Shown piece after piece: positions 9,572-19,825 of a stretch of 64,000 nucleotides of DNA. Origin of the DNA: Minisyncoccota bacterium. Lineage in GTDB: Bacteria > Patescibacteriota > Minisyncoccia > Phycocordibacterales > XYD1-FULL-46-19. A program made the translations under genes and the position numbers. The number at the start of each line of letters is the position of its first letter. Position 1 is the stretch's first letter. A model generated the notes under the pieces. The model saw only the letters and a program-made list of their open reading frames with translations, was not told where the DNA came from and ran no database searches. Location of the stretch: positions 736 through 64,735 of the forward strand of contig JBAZRF010000001.1 of assembly GCA_041663165.1 (NCBI GenBank), read 5' to 3'.

Positions 9572-10897
9572 ATGATAGGAACAAATGATAAATTCGTAAT
9601 CACCGGTTTAGCCGGCAGGAAGACTCTGAGCGGACGTATTGGCGTCGGTGGGGCCAAAAATGCTATTTTGAAGGTGTTGGCGGCATCGATTCTTTTTCGC
9701 GATGGCTTTTCGGCCAGTAATGTGCCAATGATTGAAGATGTCGCGCAAATGCTCAACCTGCTTAAAGAGCTCGGCGGTCAAGTTAAGGCACTCGGTCCTC
9801 ATCTCTATGAATTAAAAGCCGATTCGTTTAATAATTTTACGCTCGCTTCAGATTTGTCAAAAAAATTAAGAGCCTCAATTGTTTTGACTGGACCGCTTCT
9901 CGCGCGTTTTGGCGAGGTCCATTTTCCTTTTCCTGGTGGTTGCATAATTGGCAAACGGCCGATTGATTTGTTTTTAGACGGCTTCAAAAAAATGGGTGCG
10001 CAAATTACTGAAACCGACGGACTATTTATTGTTAAAGCGCCTAACGCTAAATTAAAGGGCGCTGAAATATTTTTCAAAAAACAAAGCGTCACCGTGACCG
10101 AAACTTTTTTGATGGCCGCAGTATTGGCTACTGGTAAGACGATTCTGAAAAATTGTGCGTTTGAGCCGGAGATCGAGAGTCTTGGTGAATTCTTAATAAA
10201 ATGTGGCGCAAAGATTAAAGGTTTGGGCACTTCTACTTTAGAAATCGAGGGCGGGGAACTACTTTCTGGCTCTGGTCAAGAATATGTGACTGTTCCTGAT
10301 CGCATCGAAGCGGGCAGCTTCATTATTCTTGGGGCGCTAGCGGCGACCGATCTCACTGTCGAGAACTGCCGACCGGATCACTTGGATTCTCTCATTAATC
10401 TTCTTCGTGAAACCGGGGTTGAATTAGAGGTTGGCGACAGCTGGGTAAGAGTAAAAAATCTTCAACCTGAGAAACAATTTACCGCGGTTGATATAAAAAC
10501 ACATGAGTATCCCGGATTCCCGACCGACTTGCAAGCGCCACTTTCCATTTTTTTGACGCAGGCGGTTGGACAAAGTTTTATTTTTGAAACAATTTTCGAG
10601 GGCCGACTTAATTATTTGGAGGCTCTCAACCGACTTGGCGCTAAAACTAAGATCCTTGATGCTCATCGAGCGATAGTTGATGGCCCCACTCCTTTATCGG
10701 GCCACGAAATTGAGAGCCCCGATCTGCGGGCCGGGCTAGCCTACGTTTTAGCCGCTGTCATTGCTTATGGGCAGTCAGTGGTCCATAATGTCAAATACAT
10801 TGATCGAGGTTATGAACAAATCGAAAAACGACTCCGGGCGATTGGGGTCAAAATCGAAAGAATCGTTGGAAATAAAGATGATTTATGTCTATCTTAA
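9572..10897 (+). CDS. murA: UDP-N-acetylglucosamine 1-carboxyvinyltransferase
   Basis: MurA N-terminus (...ITGLAGRKTLSGRIGVGGAKNAILKVLAASIL...) and full-length EPT fold. Confidence 0.9.
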   Translation: MIGTNDKFVITGLAGRKTLSGRIGVGGAKNAILKVLAASILFRDGFSASNVPMIEDVAQMLNLLKELGGQVKALGPHLYELKADSFNNFTLASDLSKKLRASIVLTGPLLARFGEVHFPFPGGCIIGKRPIDLFLDGFKKMGAQITETDGLFIVKAPNAKLKGAEIFFKKQSVTVTETFLMAAVLATGKTILKNCAFEPEIESLGEFLIKCGAKIKGLGTSTLEIEGGELLSGSGQEYVTVPDRIEAGSFIILGALAATDLTVENCRPDHLDSLINLLRETGVELEVGDSWVRVKNLQPEKQFTAVDIKTHEYPGFPTDLQAPLSIFLTQAVGQSFIFETIFEGRLNYLEALNRLGAKTKILDAHRAIVDGPTPLSGHEIESPDLRAGLAYVLAAVIAYGQSVVHNVKYIDRGYEQIEKRLRAIGVKIERIVGNKDDLCLS

Positions 10898-11898
10898 CAA
10901 CAAAATTAGGAATTGATCTCGGTACGGCCAATACGCTGGTTTACGTGCCTGGCAAGGGGATTGTTCTTAATGAACCGTCAGTGGTGGCGGTTAATCAACT
11001 TGATAACCGGGTAGTGGCGGTCGGTTCGGAGGCTAAGGATATGGTTGGCAAGGCGCCAGATAATATCATGGTTTATAAACCGATGAAGGACGGGGTCATC
11101 GCCGATTATCGCATTACCGAAACGATGCTACGATATTATATTTCTAAGGCTTTGGGTCGTTTTAATTTATTTAAGCCCGATATCATGGTGTCGGTTCCGG
11201 CTGGGGTTACTTCAACTGAACGGCGAGCAGTGATTGAAGCGACAATGCGAGCCGGAGCGAAAAATGCTTACGTGGTTAAAGAACCAATTTTGGCAGCCAT
11301 TGGCGCCGGCATCCCAATTTATGAAGCTCACGGTCACATGATTGTTGATATCGGCGGCGGAACAACTGACGTAGCAGTCATTTCTTTGGGCGGAATTGTC
11401 TCCTCAACTTCGGTTAAGCACGCTGGCAACAAAATTGATCAATCGATCGCCGACTATATTAAGAAAACTTTCAACTTGGCCATTGGCGACAAAACAGCGG
11501 AAGAAGTTAAAGTGACAATAGGGTCAGCGATTCCCATCGAAGATGAGATATCCTACGTTATTAAGGGCCGAGACTTTTTAACCGGCTTGCCCCGCTCAGT
11601 TGAGGTTCGTACCAACGAGATTGTTCGCGCTATCGATAGTGAATTAAAAGAAATCGTTCGCGCCATTAAGACCGTATTCCAAGATACACCGCCCGAGTTA
11701 TCGGCCGATGTAATTGATCAGGGGATTACTTTGACTGGTGGGTCGTCGCAACTGCGTAATTTAGCCGAGCTCGTCTTTCGCAAGACTGGGGTTAAGGCTT
11801 ATGTCGCTGATGACCCGATATATTGTGTCGCGAAAGGCACGGGGATTGCCCTTGAACATCTTGATGTCTATAAAAAAAGCATTATCTCTAAACGCTAA
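10885..11898 (+). CDS. mreB: Rod shape-determining protein MreB (paralogue 1)
   Basis: Actin-fold motifs LGIDLGTANTLVYV and DIGGGTTDVAVISLGG. It overlaps the murA end. Confidence 0.9.
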   Translation: MSILTTKLGIDLGTANTLVYVPGKGIVLNEPSVVAVNQLDNRVVAVGSEAKDMVGKAPDNIMVYKPMKDGVIADYRITETMLRYYISKALGRFNLFKPDIMVSVPAGVTSTERRAVIEATMRAGAKNAYVVKEPILAAIGAGIPIYEAHGHMIVDIGGGTTDVAVISLGGIVSSTSVKHAGNKIDQSIADYIKKTFNLAIGDKTAEEVKVTIGSAIPIEDEISYVIKGRDFLTGLPRSVEVRTNEIVRAIDSELKEIVRAIKTVFQDTPPELSADVIDQGITLTGGSSQLRNLAELVFRKTGVKAYVADDPIYCVAKGTGIALEHLDVYKKSIISKR

Positions 11899-12598
11899 TT
11901 TATTTTCCCATCACGCCTTTTTATTAACGGGGGATAGGGAGTTTTGGAGAGGTATTGTAGAGAAAGAATTAAAGATTTTTCTTAAGCTTGAAAATTTGAA
12001 TAGCTCGCCAGATATCTTATGGCAGAGTTATGAATCGTTCGGAATCAAAGAGGCGCACACGCTGATCGAGCGAGAGGCGCGTAAAGGGTTCGGTACCCAG
12101 GGGCGTTTTTTTGTATTAGAGATTTCGTCAATTACGCCTGAAGCCCAAAATGCTTTACTCAAAACTTTTGAGGAGCCGGCGCCTGATGCCCACTTTTTTA
12201 TTATTGCCCGCAATGCTGAAATTTTTCTTCCCACTCTTCGTTCGCGAATGATTATCTTAAGTAGCGGGGCAGAATTCGGACAGAACGAAGTTGGACTTCA
12301 GGTGAGTCCGAAGTCCAACTTCGTGGATGCCGATCATTTTTTGAAGCTGGATTTCCCCGACCGTCTGGATTTTATCCAAAAAGAATTTCTAAAAAATAAG
12401 GAAACAAATAAAAGCGCCATTATTGATTTTGTGATTGAACTCGAAAAAACCTTACGCGATAAAATCGAGATAAAAAAAATTACCAAAGATGAAGAATTTG
12501 CCCTTCACGAACTTGAGAAATGTCAGCGTTATCTCCAAAATCCGCGCTCGTCTAATCGTTTGATTCTTGAACATCTAGCGCTCATTTTACCAAATTGA
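11864..12598 (+). CDS. holB: DNA polymerase III delta-prime (HolB)-like clamp-loader subunit
   Basis: HAFLLTGD...EISSITPEAQNALLKTFEEP...LPTLRSRM pattern (AAA+ sensor/SRC region). Walker A is degenerate, as in delta-prime. The start is moved to an internal Met and overlaps the mreB 3' end. Confidence 0.6.
   Translation: MSIKKALSLNANLFSHHAFLLTGDREFWRGIVEKELKIFLKLENLNSSPDILWQSYESFGIKEAHTLIEREARKGFGTQGRFFVLEISSITPEAQNALLKTFEEPAPDAHFFIIARNAEIFLPTLRSRMIILSSGAEFGQNEVGLQVSPKSNFVDADHFLKLDFPDRLDFIQKEFLKNKETNKSAIIDFVIELEKTLRDKIEIKKITKDEEFALHELEKCQRYLQNPRSSNRLILEHLALILPN
12290..12325. repeat. Perfect 13-bp inverted repeat (GAAGTTGGACTTC ... GAAGTCCAACTTC) with 10-nt loop inside the holB-like CDS
   Basis: Read directly from the sequence. 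It is in frame, encoding NEVGLQVSPKSNFVD. Confidence 0.8.
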
Positions 12599-12625
12599 AA
12601 AATTACTATATAATCCGGGGTATAT

Positions 12626-13177
12626 ATGGCATATAATTTTTCATCATTTAAGACAAAATTAGGAGAAGTCGAGGAGTGGCTTGGGCGGGAGTATTTGGGC
12701 ATTAGGACGGGTAAGGCGGCGCCAGCAGTATTGGATGGGGTGATGGTGGATGCCTATGGCTCGAAAACGCCGCTTAAACATGTGGCGGCCATCGGCATTG
12801 AGGACGCACGCACCGTGCGCGTTACTCCGTGGGACAAGGGGCAACTGTCAGCTATCCAAACAGCCATTGAGACGTCTAACCTGGGACTGTCGGTGGCGCC
12901 TGACTCGACCGGTTTGAGGGTCATCTTCCCGGCTCTGACTGAAGAGCGGCGCAAGATGCTAATTAAGTTAATGGGCGAAAAATTGGAGGATGCACGGATC
13001 TCGGTACGCAAGGAACGCGAAAAAGTTTGGGGCGAAATTCAAGCCGAAGAAAAAGCGGGAAAGTTGAGCGAAGACGAAAAATTTAAAGGAAAGGATGAAT
13101 TACAAAAACTGATTGATGAAGCCAACAAAAAACTTGAGGATTTGGCCAGTAAAAAGGAAACTGAAATAATGTCGTGA
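12626..13177 (+). CDS. frr: Ribosome recycling factor
   Basis: RRF signature throughout. 183 aa. Confidence 0.92.
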   Translation: MAYNFSSFKTKLGEVEEWLGREYLGIRTGKAAPAVLDGVMVDAYGSKTPLKHVAAIGIEDARTVRVTPWDKGQLSAIQTAIETSNLGLSVAPDSTGLRVIFPALTEERRKMLIKLMGEKLEDARISVRKEREKVWGEIQAEEKAGKLSEDEKFKGKDELQKLIDEANKKLEDLASKKETEIMS

Positions 13178-14277
13178 CCATCATCTTATTCATTATAATT
13201 CTCGCGATTTTGATTTTAACCCACGAAGTGGGGCATTTTGTTACCGCTAAGTTGGCAAAAATTCGTGTGGATGAATTCGGCCTCGGCTTACCACCGAAGA
13301 TTTGGGGTATTAAAAAAGGAGAGACGACCTATTCAATCAATTGGCTGCCACTTGGTGGGTTCGTCAAAATTTTTGGTGAGGACCCAAACGAGGAAAATAC
13401 AACTGGCCCCGACAGTGCCCACTCGTTTGTTAATCGACCTAAATGGATCCAGGCCATAGTGCTCGTGGCCGGAGTTACTCTTAATCTTGTTTTAGCCTGG
13501 CTTCTCATCTCAATCAATTTGGGTATTGGTATGCCGGTTGGACTCGACGGTTTGCCTCAAGGTCTTAAAATCCAAAATGAGTCGCTCTCGGTTGTTAATG
13601 TTCTTAAAGATTCTCCGGCAGCTAAAGCTGGTCTTGAGGTTGGCGATCAATTAATTTCTCTTTCGGCCGATGGAGAAAAAATCAATAATCTGACAGTTGA
13701 GACTGTTCATGATTTTACTAAAAAATTTCCCGGTGAGCCGGTCAGGGTTGAATATCACCGATCTCAAGACCCGACTAATTCTTTTATTTCGGTTACACCC
13801 AAATTAGGAGTTACGGGAGACGGCGCCGCGATTGGTATTGCTACTCAGAAAATTGGCATTGTCTCAACTACCTGGTGGCAGGCGCCGATCTATGGTTTGG
13901 TTTTTACTTATCATTTGATTGTTAATACCTTTCTTTCTTTTGAAACTTTTTTCAGCAATCTTTTTACCGAGGGACGAGGAGCGCTTGGGGCCATTGCCGG
14001 ACCAATCGGCATTTATAGTTTAGTGAGCGATGCCAGCCGTTTAGGTTTTGTTTATTTACTAAATTTCACCGCCTTAATCTCAATTAACTTAGCCATTCTT
14101 AACCTGTTGCCCTTCCCGGCGCTCGATGGTGGTCGCTTGCTTTTTGTTATTATTGAGGCTGTTATTCGTCGACCCATTAACCCTAAGGTGGCCAATACTC
14201 TCAACATGATTGGCTTTGCCCTCCTTCTTCTCCTGATGGCCGTTATCGCCGTGAGCGATGTCATGAAGCTGCTTTAA
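13174..14277 (+). CDS. rseP: RIP metalloprotease RseP (site-2 protease, M50)
   Basis: HEVGHF zinc motif, PDZ domain and LLPFPALDGG motif. Confidence 0.9.
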   Translation: MTIILFIIILAILILTHEVGHFVTAKLAKIRVDEFGLGLPPKIWGIKKGETTYSINWLPLGGFVKIFGEDPNEENTTGPDSAHSFVNRPKWIQAIVLVAGVTLNLVLAWLLISINLGIGMPVGLDGLPQGLKIQNESLSVVNVLKDSPAAKAGLEVGDQLISLSADGEKINNLTVETVHDFTKKFPGEPVRVEYHRSQDPTNSFISVTPKLGVTGDGAAIGIATQKIGIVSTTWWQAPIYGLVFTYHLIVNTFLSFETFFSNLFTEGRGALGAIAGPIGIYSLVSDASRLGFVYLLNFTALISINLAILNLLPFPALDGGRLLFVIIEAVIRRPINPKVANTLNMIGFALLLLLMAVIAVSDVMKLL

Positions 14278-14319
14278 GCTACTTTTGACCTGCCTGGTCT
14301 TTTGCGATAAGATAGGGCT

Positions 14320-15570
14320 ATGCGACAGTCTCAACTTTTCACTAAAACGCGCCGCGAAGATCCCAAGGACGAAGTAGCCAAAAACGCCAAATTGCTCATT
14401 CGCGCGGGCTATATCAATAAAGAATTAGCCGGTGTTTATTCTTATTTACCACTCGGTCTCCGAGTTTTAAATAAGATCAATAATATTATTCGCGAAGAAA
14501 TGGAGACGCTTGGCGCGGTGGAACTGGCGATGACCGCTTTGCAAAACCCCGAACTTTATGAAAAAACCAATCGTTGGGAAGACGCGGTTGTCGATAATTG
14601 GTTTAAGACACAATTAAAATCTGGCACGGAACTTGGTTTGGGTTTTACTCACGAAGAAATGATTACTGAATTGATGAAAAGCCATATCAGTTCGTATAAG
14701 GATTTGCCGGTTTATGCTTATCAAATCCAAACCAAGTTTCGTAACGAAGCACGTGCCAAGAGCGGGATTATGCGTGGTCGCGAATTTTTGATGAAAGATC
14801 TTTATTCGTTTAACGACAGTGAAGTCAGTCTGAACGACTTTTATGATCAAGCTAAGGGCGCTTATGAACGGATTTTTGAACGCGTTGGTTTGGGCGACAT
14901 TACTTATATCACTTTTGCTTCAGGCGGAACTTTCAGCAAATTTAGCCACGAGTTTCAAACCTTGTCTGATGCGGGCGAGGATACGATTTATGTGAGTGAG
15001 GAGAAAAAGTTCGCAATTAACAAAGAAGTGCTCGACGAAGAGACTCTGGCCGAAGTCGGTATCGCCCGCGAGGACTTGGTAGAGAAGAAGGCGATTGAAG
15101 TAGGTAACATTTTTAAGTTGGGTGATAAATTTTCGGCACCGCTTGGCCTCTCTTTTACTGACGAAAATGGAGCTAAACGCCCAGTTATTATGGGCAGTTA
15201 TGGTATTGGCCCGGGCCGAATTATGGGCACAGTAGTTGAGACTTTTGCTGATGAGAAGGGGATTGTTTGGCCTAAAAGCATCGCCCCTTTTGATGTTCAT
15301 TTGGTTTGGTTGCCGGGCGATGGCGAATTAGCGGCCGAATTGGCCGACAAGCTTTATGATAGTTTGACCGAATCAGGAATTGAAGTTTTTTACGATGACC
15401 GATCGGCCAGTGCCGGCGAGAAGTTTGCCAACGCCGATTTGCTGGGCATGCCTTATCGCCTAATTGTTAGTGACAAAACTTTAGGGGAAGGAAAGTTTGA
15501 ATTGATGGAAAGGGCGACTGGCGAAACCCGGTGGGTAAGCGAAGAAGAGTTATTCGATTTACTGAAATAA
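14320..15570 (+). CDS. proS: Prolyl-tRNA synthetase, short form lacking the editing (INS) domain
   Basis: N-terminus RQSQLFTKTRREDPKD...LIRAGYI is ProRS-typical. At 416 aa there is no room for an INS domain. Confidence 0.85.
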   Translation: MRQSQLFTKTRREDPKDEVAKNAKLLIRAGYINKELAGVYSYLPLGLRVLNKINNIIREEMETLGAVELAMTALQNPELYEKTNRWEDAVVDNWFKTQLKSGTELGLGFTHEEMITELMKSHISSYKDLPVYAYQIQTKFRNEARAKSGIMRGREFLMKDLYSFNDSEVSLNDFYDQAKGAYERIFERVGLGDITYITFASGGTFSKFSHEFQTLSDAGEDTIYVSEEKKFAINKEVLDEETLAEVGIAREDLVEKKAIEVGNIFKLGDKFSAPLGLSFTDENGAKRPVIMGSYGIGPGRIMGTVVETFADEKGIVWPKSIAPFDVHLVWLPGDGELAAELADKLYDSLTESGIEVFYDDRSASAGEKFANADLLGMPYRLIVSDKTLGEGKFELMERATGETRWVSEEELFDLLK

Positions 15571-15571
15571 C

Positions 15572-16624
15572 ATGCAGTGGAAGATGCCAAAATTTTTTTC
15601 CAGTGCCATCGGGGTTGACTTGGGTACCTCTAATACTCTTATCTATGTCAAAGGCCGGGGAATTATTATTGCCGAGCCTTCAATTGTCGCGGTTAACCAA
15701 AAAACTGGTCGGGTAGTGGCGGTTGGGAATGATGCCAGTCAAATGATTGGTCGGACACCCGCTCATATTCAAGCCATTCGGCCCTTGGTTAATGGCGTGA
15801 TTTCTAATTTTGAAATGGCCGAGGAGATGCTCTCTTATTTTTTAAAAAAGACTGCTGGTGCAGTTGGCAATAATTTTTTTCGTCCCCGGGTCGTAGTGGG
15901 TGTTCCCTCAAGTATCACCAATGTTGAAAGGAGGGCCGTAAGAGATGCTTTGGAGAGTGCCGGCGCAAGAGAAATTCATGTTATTGAGGAGTCAATGGCG
16001 GCCGCCATCGGTATTAACATGCCTGTTTATGATCCAGTTGGCAACATGATTGTTGATATTGGCGGCGGAACGACCGATATCGCGGTTATTTCACTTGGTG
16101 GAATCGTTCGCTCTAAAAGCTTACATATTGCCGGCGAGCGTTTCAATCAAGATATCATTAATTATGTTCGCGACGAATTTAAAATACTGTTGGGCGAAAG
16201 AACGGCCGAAGAGGTTAAGATAAATATTGGAGCCGCTCTGCGTCAAGGATCAGGTAATGAGGCCCTGGTTCGCGGTAGGGATTTGGTTACTGGTTTGCCA
16301 CGAGAGGTAGCGATTACTGACTCTGACATTCGCGAAGCCATCTTTAATTCCTTGGCAATTTTTGTTGATGCGGTTAAAGAAGTCTTGGAATCCACTCCGC
16401 CGGAAGTTGTGTCTGATATTATGCGTCGCGGCTTGGTGTTAACTGGTGGCAGTGCTAACATGCGGGGACTCCGTGAACTTTTGGAAAAAGAATTAGAAAT
16501 CCCGATTCATTTAGCCGAGGATCCTTTAACGGCCGTGGTTCGTGGCACGGGGGTTGTCCTGGATGATCTTGATCATTACCGGGATATTTTAATTGATAAT
16601 GAGGACGAATTACCTCCACGCTAA
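15572..16624 (+). CDS. mreB: Rod shape-determining protein MreB (paralogue 2)
   Basis: GVDLGTSNTLIYV and DIGGGTTDIAVISLGG. Followed by mreC and mreD. Confidence 0.9.
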   Translation: MQWKMPKFFSSAIGVDLGTSNTLIYVKGRGIIIAEPSIVAVNQKTGRVVAVGNDASQMIGRTPAHIQAIRPLVNGVISNFEMAEEMLSYFLKKTAGAVGNNFFRPRVVVGVPSSITNVERRAVRDALESAGAREIHVIEESMAAAIGINMPVYDPVGNMIVDIGGGTTDIAVISLGGIVRSKSLHIAGERFNQDIINYVRDEFKILLGERTAEEVKINIGAALRQGSGNEALVRGRDLVTGLPREVAITDSDIREAIFNSLAIFVDAVKEVLESTPPEVVSDIMRRGLVLTGGSANMRGLRELLEKELEIPIHLAEDPLTAVVRGTGVVLDDLDHYRDILIDNEDELPPR

Positions 16625-17431
16625 ATGCTTGACTATCGCAATCGTAAAAATAAAAACTACTGGTGGCTCGCCGTCTTCACTATTTTAATTGCCTGCCTGC
16701 TTTTTGTTTGGGGTAGTTTCGGTCGGAGTCTGTTCTCGGGATCGTTAGCCTTTTTCACCAAACCGCTTTGGCAAGCAAGCGATAATTTGGGAACGGTCGC
16801 GGCGAATCAACTTTCTGGCTTAGGCCAAAGTCGGTCAGCGCTTTTAGCTGAAAATAAAAATTTACGGGAAGAGAATCGTAAACTAAAAAATTCACTGCTA
16901 GCTCAAAACAGCATTATCGCTGATAATGTTCGGTTAAGATCTATTTTCGGTCGAAACCAAAACAGCATCAAACCAGTTGTTGCTCGAGTTATCTTTTTGC
17001 CGAATTTTGTTCCTTATAATAACCTATTGCTGGATATTGGTAAGAATAACCGGAGTCGTTCTTTTCAGGTTGGTGACCTGGTGGTGGCCGATGGCACAAT
17101 TCTAATTGGCCGAGTCGCCGAAATAGATGATACTTACACCAAAGTTCGATTAATTTCAGCCGAGGCCAATCTGTCGGTCACTATTGGCGTTAAAAACGTT
17201 CCAGCCATCGCTAGCGGGTCGGGAGTTGGTAATTTTACGATCACCTTACCCAAAGACACGCCAGTTTTTGAGGGCGACCGAGTTACTACTCCCTCCCTTG
17301 GTAATTACTTAATTGGTTCTGTTGGCCATATCGAGAAAATGGCTAGTCGTCCAACCCAAACAATTTTAGTCAGAACACCCGTAAACCTTTGGCAACTTAA
17401 GTGGTTAGAAATCTATGACACTAAGACTTAG
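16625..17431 (+). CDS. mreC: Rod shape-determining protein MreC
   Basis: N-terminal TM, coiled coil (LAENKNLREENRKLKNSL) and beta-rich C-terminal domain. Located downstream of mreB. Confidence 0.8.
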   Translation: MLDYRNRKNKNYWWLAVFTILIACLLFVWGSFGRSLFSGSLAFFTKPLWQASDNLGTVAANQLSGLGQSRSALLAENKNLREENRKLKNSLLAQNSIIADNVRLRSIFGRNQNSIKPVVARVIFLPNFVPYNNLLLDIGKNNRSRSFQVGDLVVADGTILIGRVAEIDDTYTKVRLISAEANLSVTIGVKNVPAIASGSGVGNFTITLPKDTPVFEGDRVTTPSLGNYLIGSVGHIEKMASRPTQTILVRTPVNLWQLKWLEIYDTKT

Positions 17432-17657
17432 CTTTGCCCTTTTGTCTATTATTTTAGTCACATTCTTGCCTTGGTGGGCAAGCGCCTTGATCTTGTTATT
17501 GTCAGTTTTTATTTTTCCTTGGTATTATGAGGCCGTTCTCTCCGTTCTTGTGTATGATCTCCTCTATGGATCGGGCATTTTTTGGCTAACCATCATTACT
17601 CTTTTTATAATCCCGTTAATTGAGGAACTCAAAAAAAGGCTGTATGTTTTTAATTAG
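17415..17657 (+). CDS. mreD: Small polytopic membrane protein, MreD-like
   Basis: 80 aa, two or three hydrophobic helices. Positioned between mreC and PBP2. Confidence 0.55.
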   Translation: MTLRLSFALLSIILVTFLPWWASALILLLSVFIFPWYYEAVLSVLVYDLLYGSGIFWLTIITLFIIPLIEELKKRLYVFN

Positions 17658-19326
17658 GCGAAAAAACAAAAGACGTTACACCAACTTGTCTCCCGATGAG
17701 ATTTTTGTCGATGCGAGTAATTTGCCATCTCATAACGAGCAGCAATTTGAGGGCCGAATTGAGAAACCGATAAATCGGCGGACTTTTTTGGGGGTGACGA
17801 TTTTTTGTTTGGCTCTTATCGCTGTTTTTGGTCTAAGAATTTTTTATCTCCAGGTGATCAATGGTTCGGCCTATGCCGAAAGAAGTCTTAATAATAGTTT
17901 AAATTTTACACCGATTTTTGCCGAGCGGGGAAATATTTATGATCGAAATGGTCAAGAACTAGCCTGGACCGACAAGTCTCGGGCCTATCTGGCCGAAGAG
18001 GGTTTGGGGCATCTTCTTGGTTACGTTAGCTATCCAAATACCAAGGAAATGGCGACAGCCAAATATGATCCCAAGGAATATTTAGGTCGGGCCGGGGTCG
18101 AAAAAGTTAAAAATGACAATTTACTTGGCGAGCGCGGGGTGCGGATTGTTGAAGTGGATGCCAAGGGAGAGCCTTTATCCGATCATACCGTGAAAAAATC
18201 TCTTCCTGGTAAAGAACTGAAACTATCAATCGATCATCGGGTTCAGGCCAAATTTTACGAAGCGATCAAACAACTAGCTTCTGATCGTGGTTTTTCTGGC
18301 GGTAGCGGGATAATTATGGATGTTCAAACGGGAGAAATTTTGGCCATGGTTAGCTACCCCGACTATGATCCCAATATTATTTCGAACGGCAAGGATGCAA
18401 AAACCATCAGTCAATATTTCTCTGATAAAAGTAATATTATGCTTAATCGAGCCGTGGGTGGACTCTATACGCCAGGGTCGATCTTTAAACCCTTTGTTGC
18501 CCTAGGGGCTTTGACCGAAAAGACTGTTGATCCGCAGAAAAATTTTGTTACTAATGGAGAGTTGGCAGTTCCTAATCCTTACGATAAAACCCAAAAAACG
18601 GTTTTTAAAGATTGGAAAAATAATGGTACTGTCGACATGCGTCGCGCCATCGCCATGTCGTCAAATGTTTATTTCTATATTATTGGTGGTGGTTTTGGCG
18701 GACAAAAGGGTTTAGGTATCGACAATATCGGTAAATACGCAAAACTTTTTGGCTTGAGTTTAAAAACCGGGATAGATTTGACGGGCGAAGAAGAGGGTGT
18801 TATTCCCAGTCCTGCCTGGAAGGCAGAAAACTTTAAGGGTGAACCCTGGCGGCTTGGCGATACCTATCATACCGCTATCGGTCAGTACGGTGTTTTGGTT
18901 ACGCCAATTCAAATGGCCAGAGCTTATGCGGCGATTGCCAATAACGGAAAATTAATTCAACCAACAGTGATGGCTATTAAACCAGAGCAGGCGATTATTC
19001 AAGCTTCAATTCCGATTAGTGCCGAAAACTTCAAAGTTATTCATGAGGGAATGAGGCGGGTGGTTCTTGAAGGTACAGCCCAAGGTCTTAATCTGCCCAA
19101 CGTAGAAATTGCCGCTAAAACTGGTACCGCCGAACTGGGGATAACCAAAGACAAGGTTAATTCTTGGTCTGTTGGCTTTTGGCCCTACCAATCGCCTCGC
19201 TATGCCTTTGTGGTGGCGATGGAGAAAGGTTCTCGCAGCAATTTGGTTGGAGGCGTTTTTGCGATGCGTCAATTATTTGACTGGATGACCATTTATACCC
19301 CAGAATATCTTAAACCAAAAATTTGA
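17644..19326 (+). CDS. mrdA: Penicillin-binding protein 2 (elongasome transpeptidase)
   Basis: SXXK (GSIFKP), SSN and KTGTA motifs. Located in the mreBCD cluster. The start codon is uncertain (17620 or 17644). Confidence 0.85.
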   Translation: MFLIRRKNKRRYTNLSPDEIFVDASNLPSHNEQQFEGRIEKPINRRTFLGVTIFCLALIAVFGLRIFYLQVINGSAYAERSLNNSLNFTPIFAERGNIYDRNGQELAWTDKSRAYLAEEGLGHLLGYVSYPNTKEMATAKYDPKEYLGRAGVEKVKNDNLLGERGVRIVEVDAKGEPLSDHTVKKSLPGKELKLSIDHRVQAKFYEAIKQLASDRGFSGGSGIIMDVQTGEILAMVSYPDYDPNIISNGKDAKTISQYFSDKSNIMLNRAVGGLYTPGSIFKPFVALGALTEKTVDPQKNFVTNGELAVPNPYDKTQKTVFKDWKNNGTVDMRRAIAMSSNVYFYIIGGGFGGQKGLGIDNIGKYAKLFGLSLKTGIDLTGEEEGVIPSPAWKAENFKGEPWRLGDTYHTAIGQYGVLVTPIQMARAYAAIANNGKLIQPTVMAIKPEQAIIQASIPISAENFKVIHEGMRRVVLEGTAQGLNLPNVEIAAKTGTAELGITKDKVNSWSVGFWPYQSPRYAFVVAMEKGSRSNLVGGVFAMRQLFDWMTIYTPEYLKPKI

Positions 19327-19360
19327 TTGTCTAAACCAAATCTGCTATAATCTTTCCGAC

Positions 19361-19825
19361 ATGGTGGCCGCCAATCACTATCTTAGCCAAGAAAAATATG
19401 AAGAGCTCAAGCAGGAGCTCTCTTATCTTAAGACTGAAGAACGCAAGAAAATTGCGGAGAACTTGGAGTATGCCAAATCGCTTGGCGATCTATCAGAAAA
19501 TGCTGAATACCATGAGGCCAGAGACAAACAGGCTGATGTCGAAGATCGTATTGTCGAGCTTGAAGAAATTTTGAAAAGCGCCGAAATTATCTCGGCACAT
19601 CATGCTAATATTGTTGAGGTGGGAACAACTGTTTCGACCAAGCGCGACGACGGGCGAAAGGAAGAATTCCAAATTGTCGGCCCCGAAGAAGCCGATTTGC
19701 CAGCGGGCCGAATCTCGCACGAGTCGCCACTGGGCTCATCTTTACTTGGACACAAAAAGGGCGAAACCGTAAAGGTAACAACCCCCAAAGGGGAGATCTC
19801 TTACAAGGTTGTTGAGATTAAATAA
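19361..19825 (+). CDS. greA: Transcription elongation factor GreA
   Basis: GreA coiled-coil N-terminus plus C-terminal FKBP-like domain. Confidence 0.9.
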   Translation: MVAANHYLSQEKYEELKQELSYLKTEERKKIAENLEYAKSLGDLSENAEYHEARDKQADVEDRIVELEEILKSAEIISAHHANIVEVGTTVSTKRDDGRKEEFQIVGPEEADLPAGRISHESPLGSSLLGHKKGETVKVTTPKGEISYKVVEIK

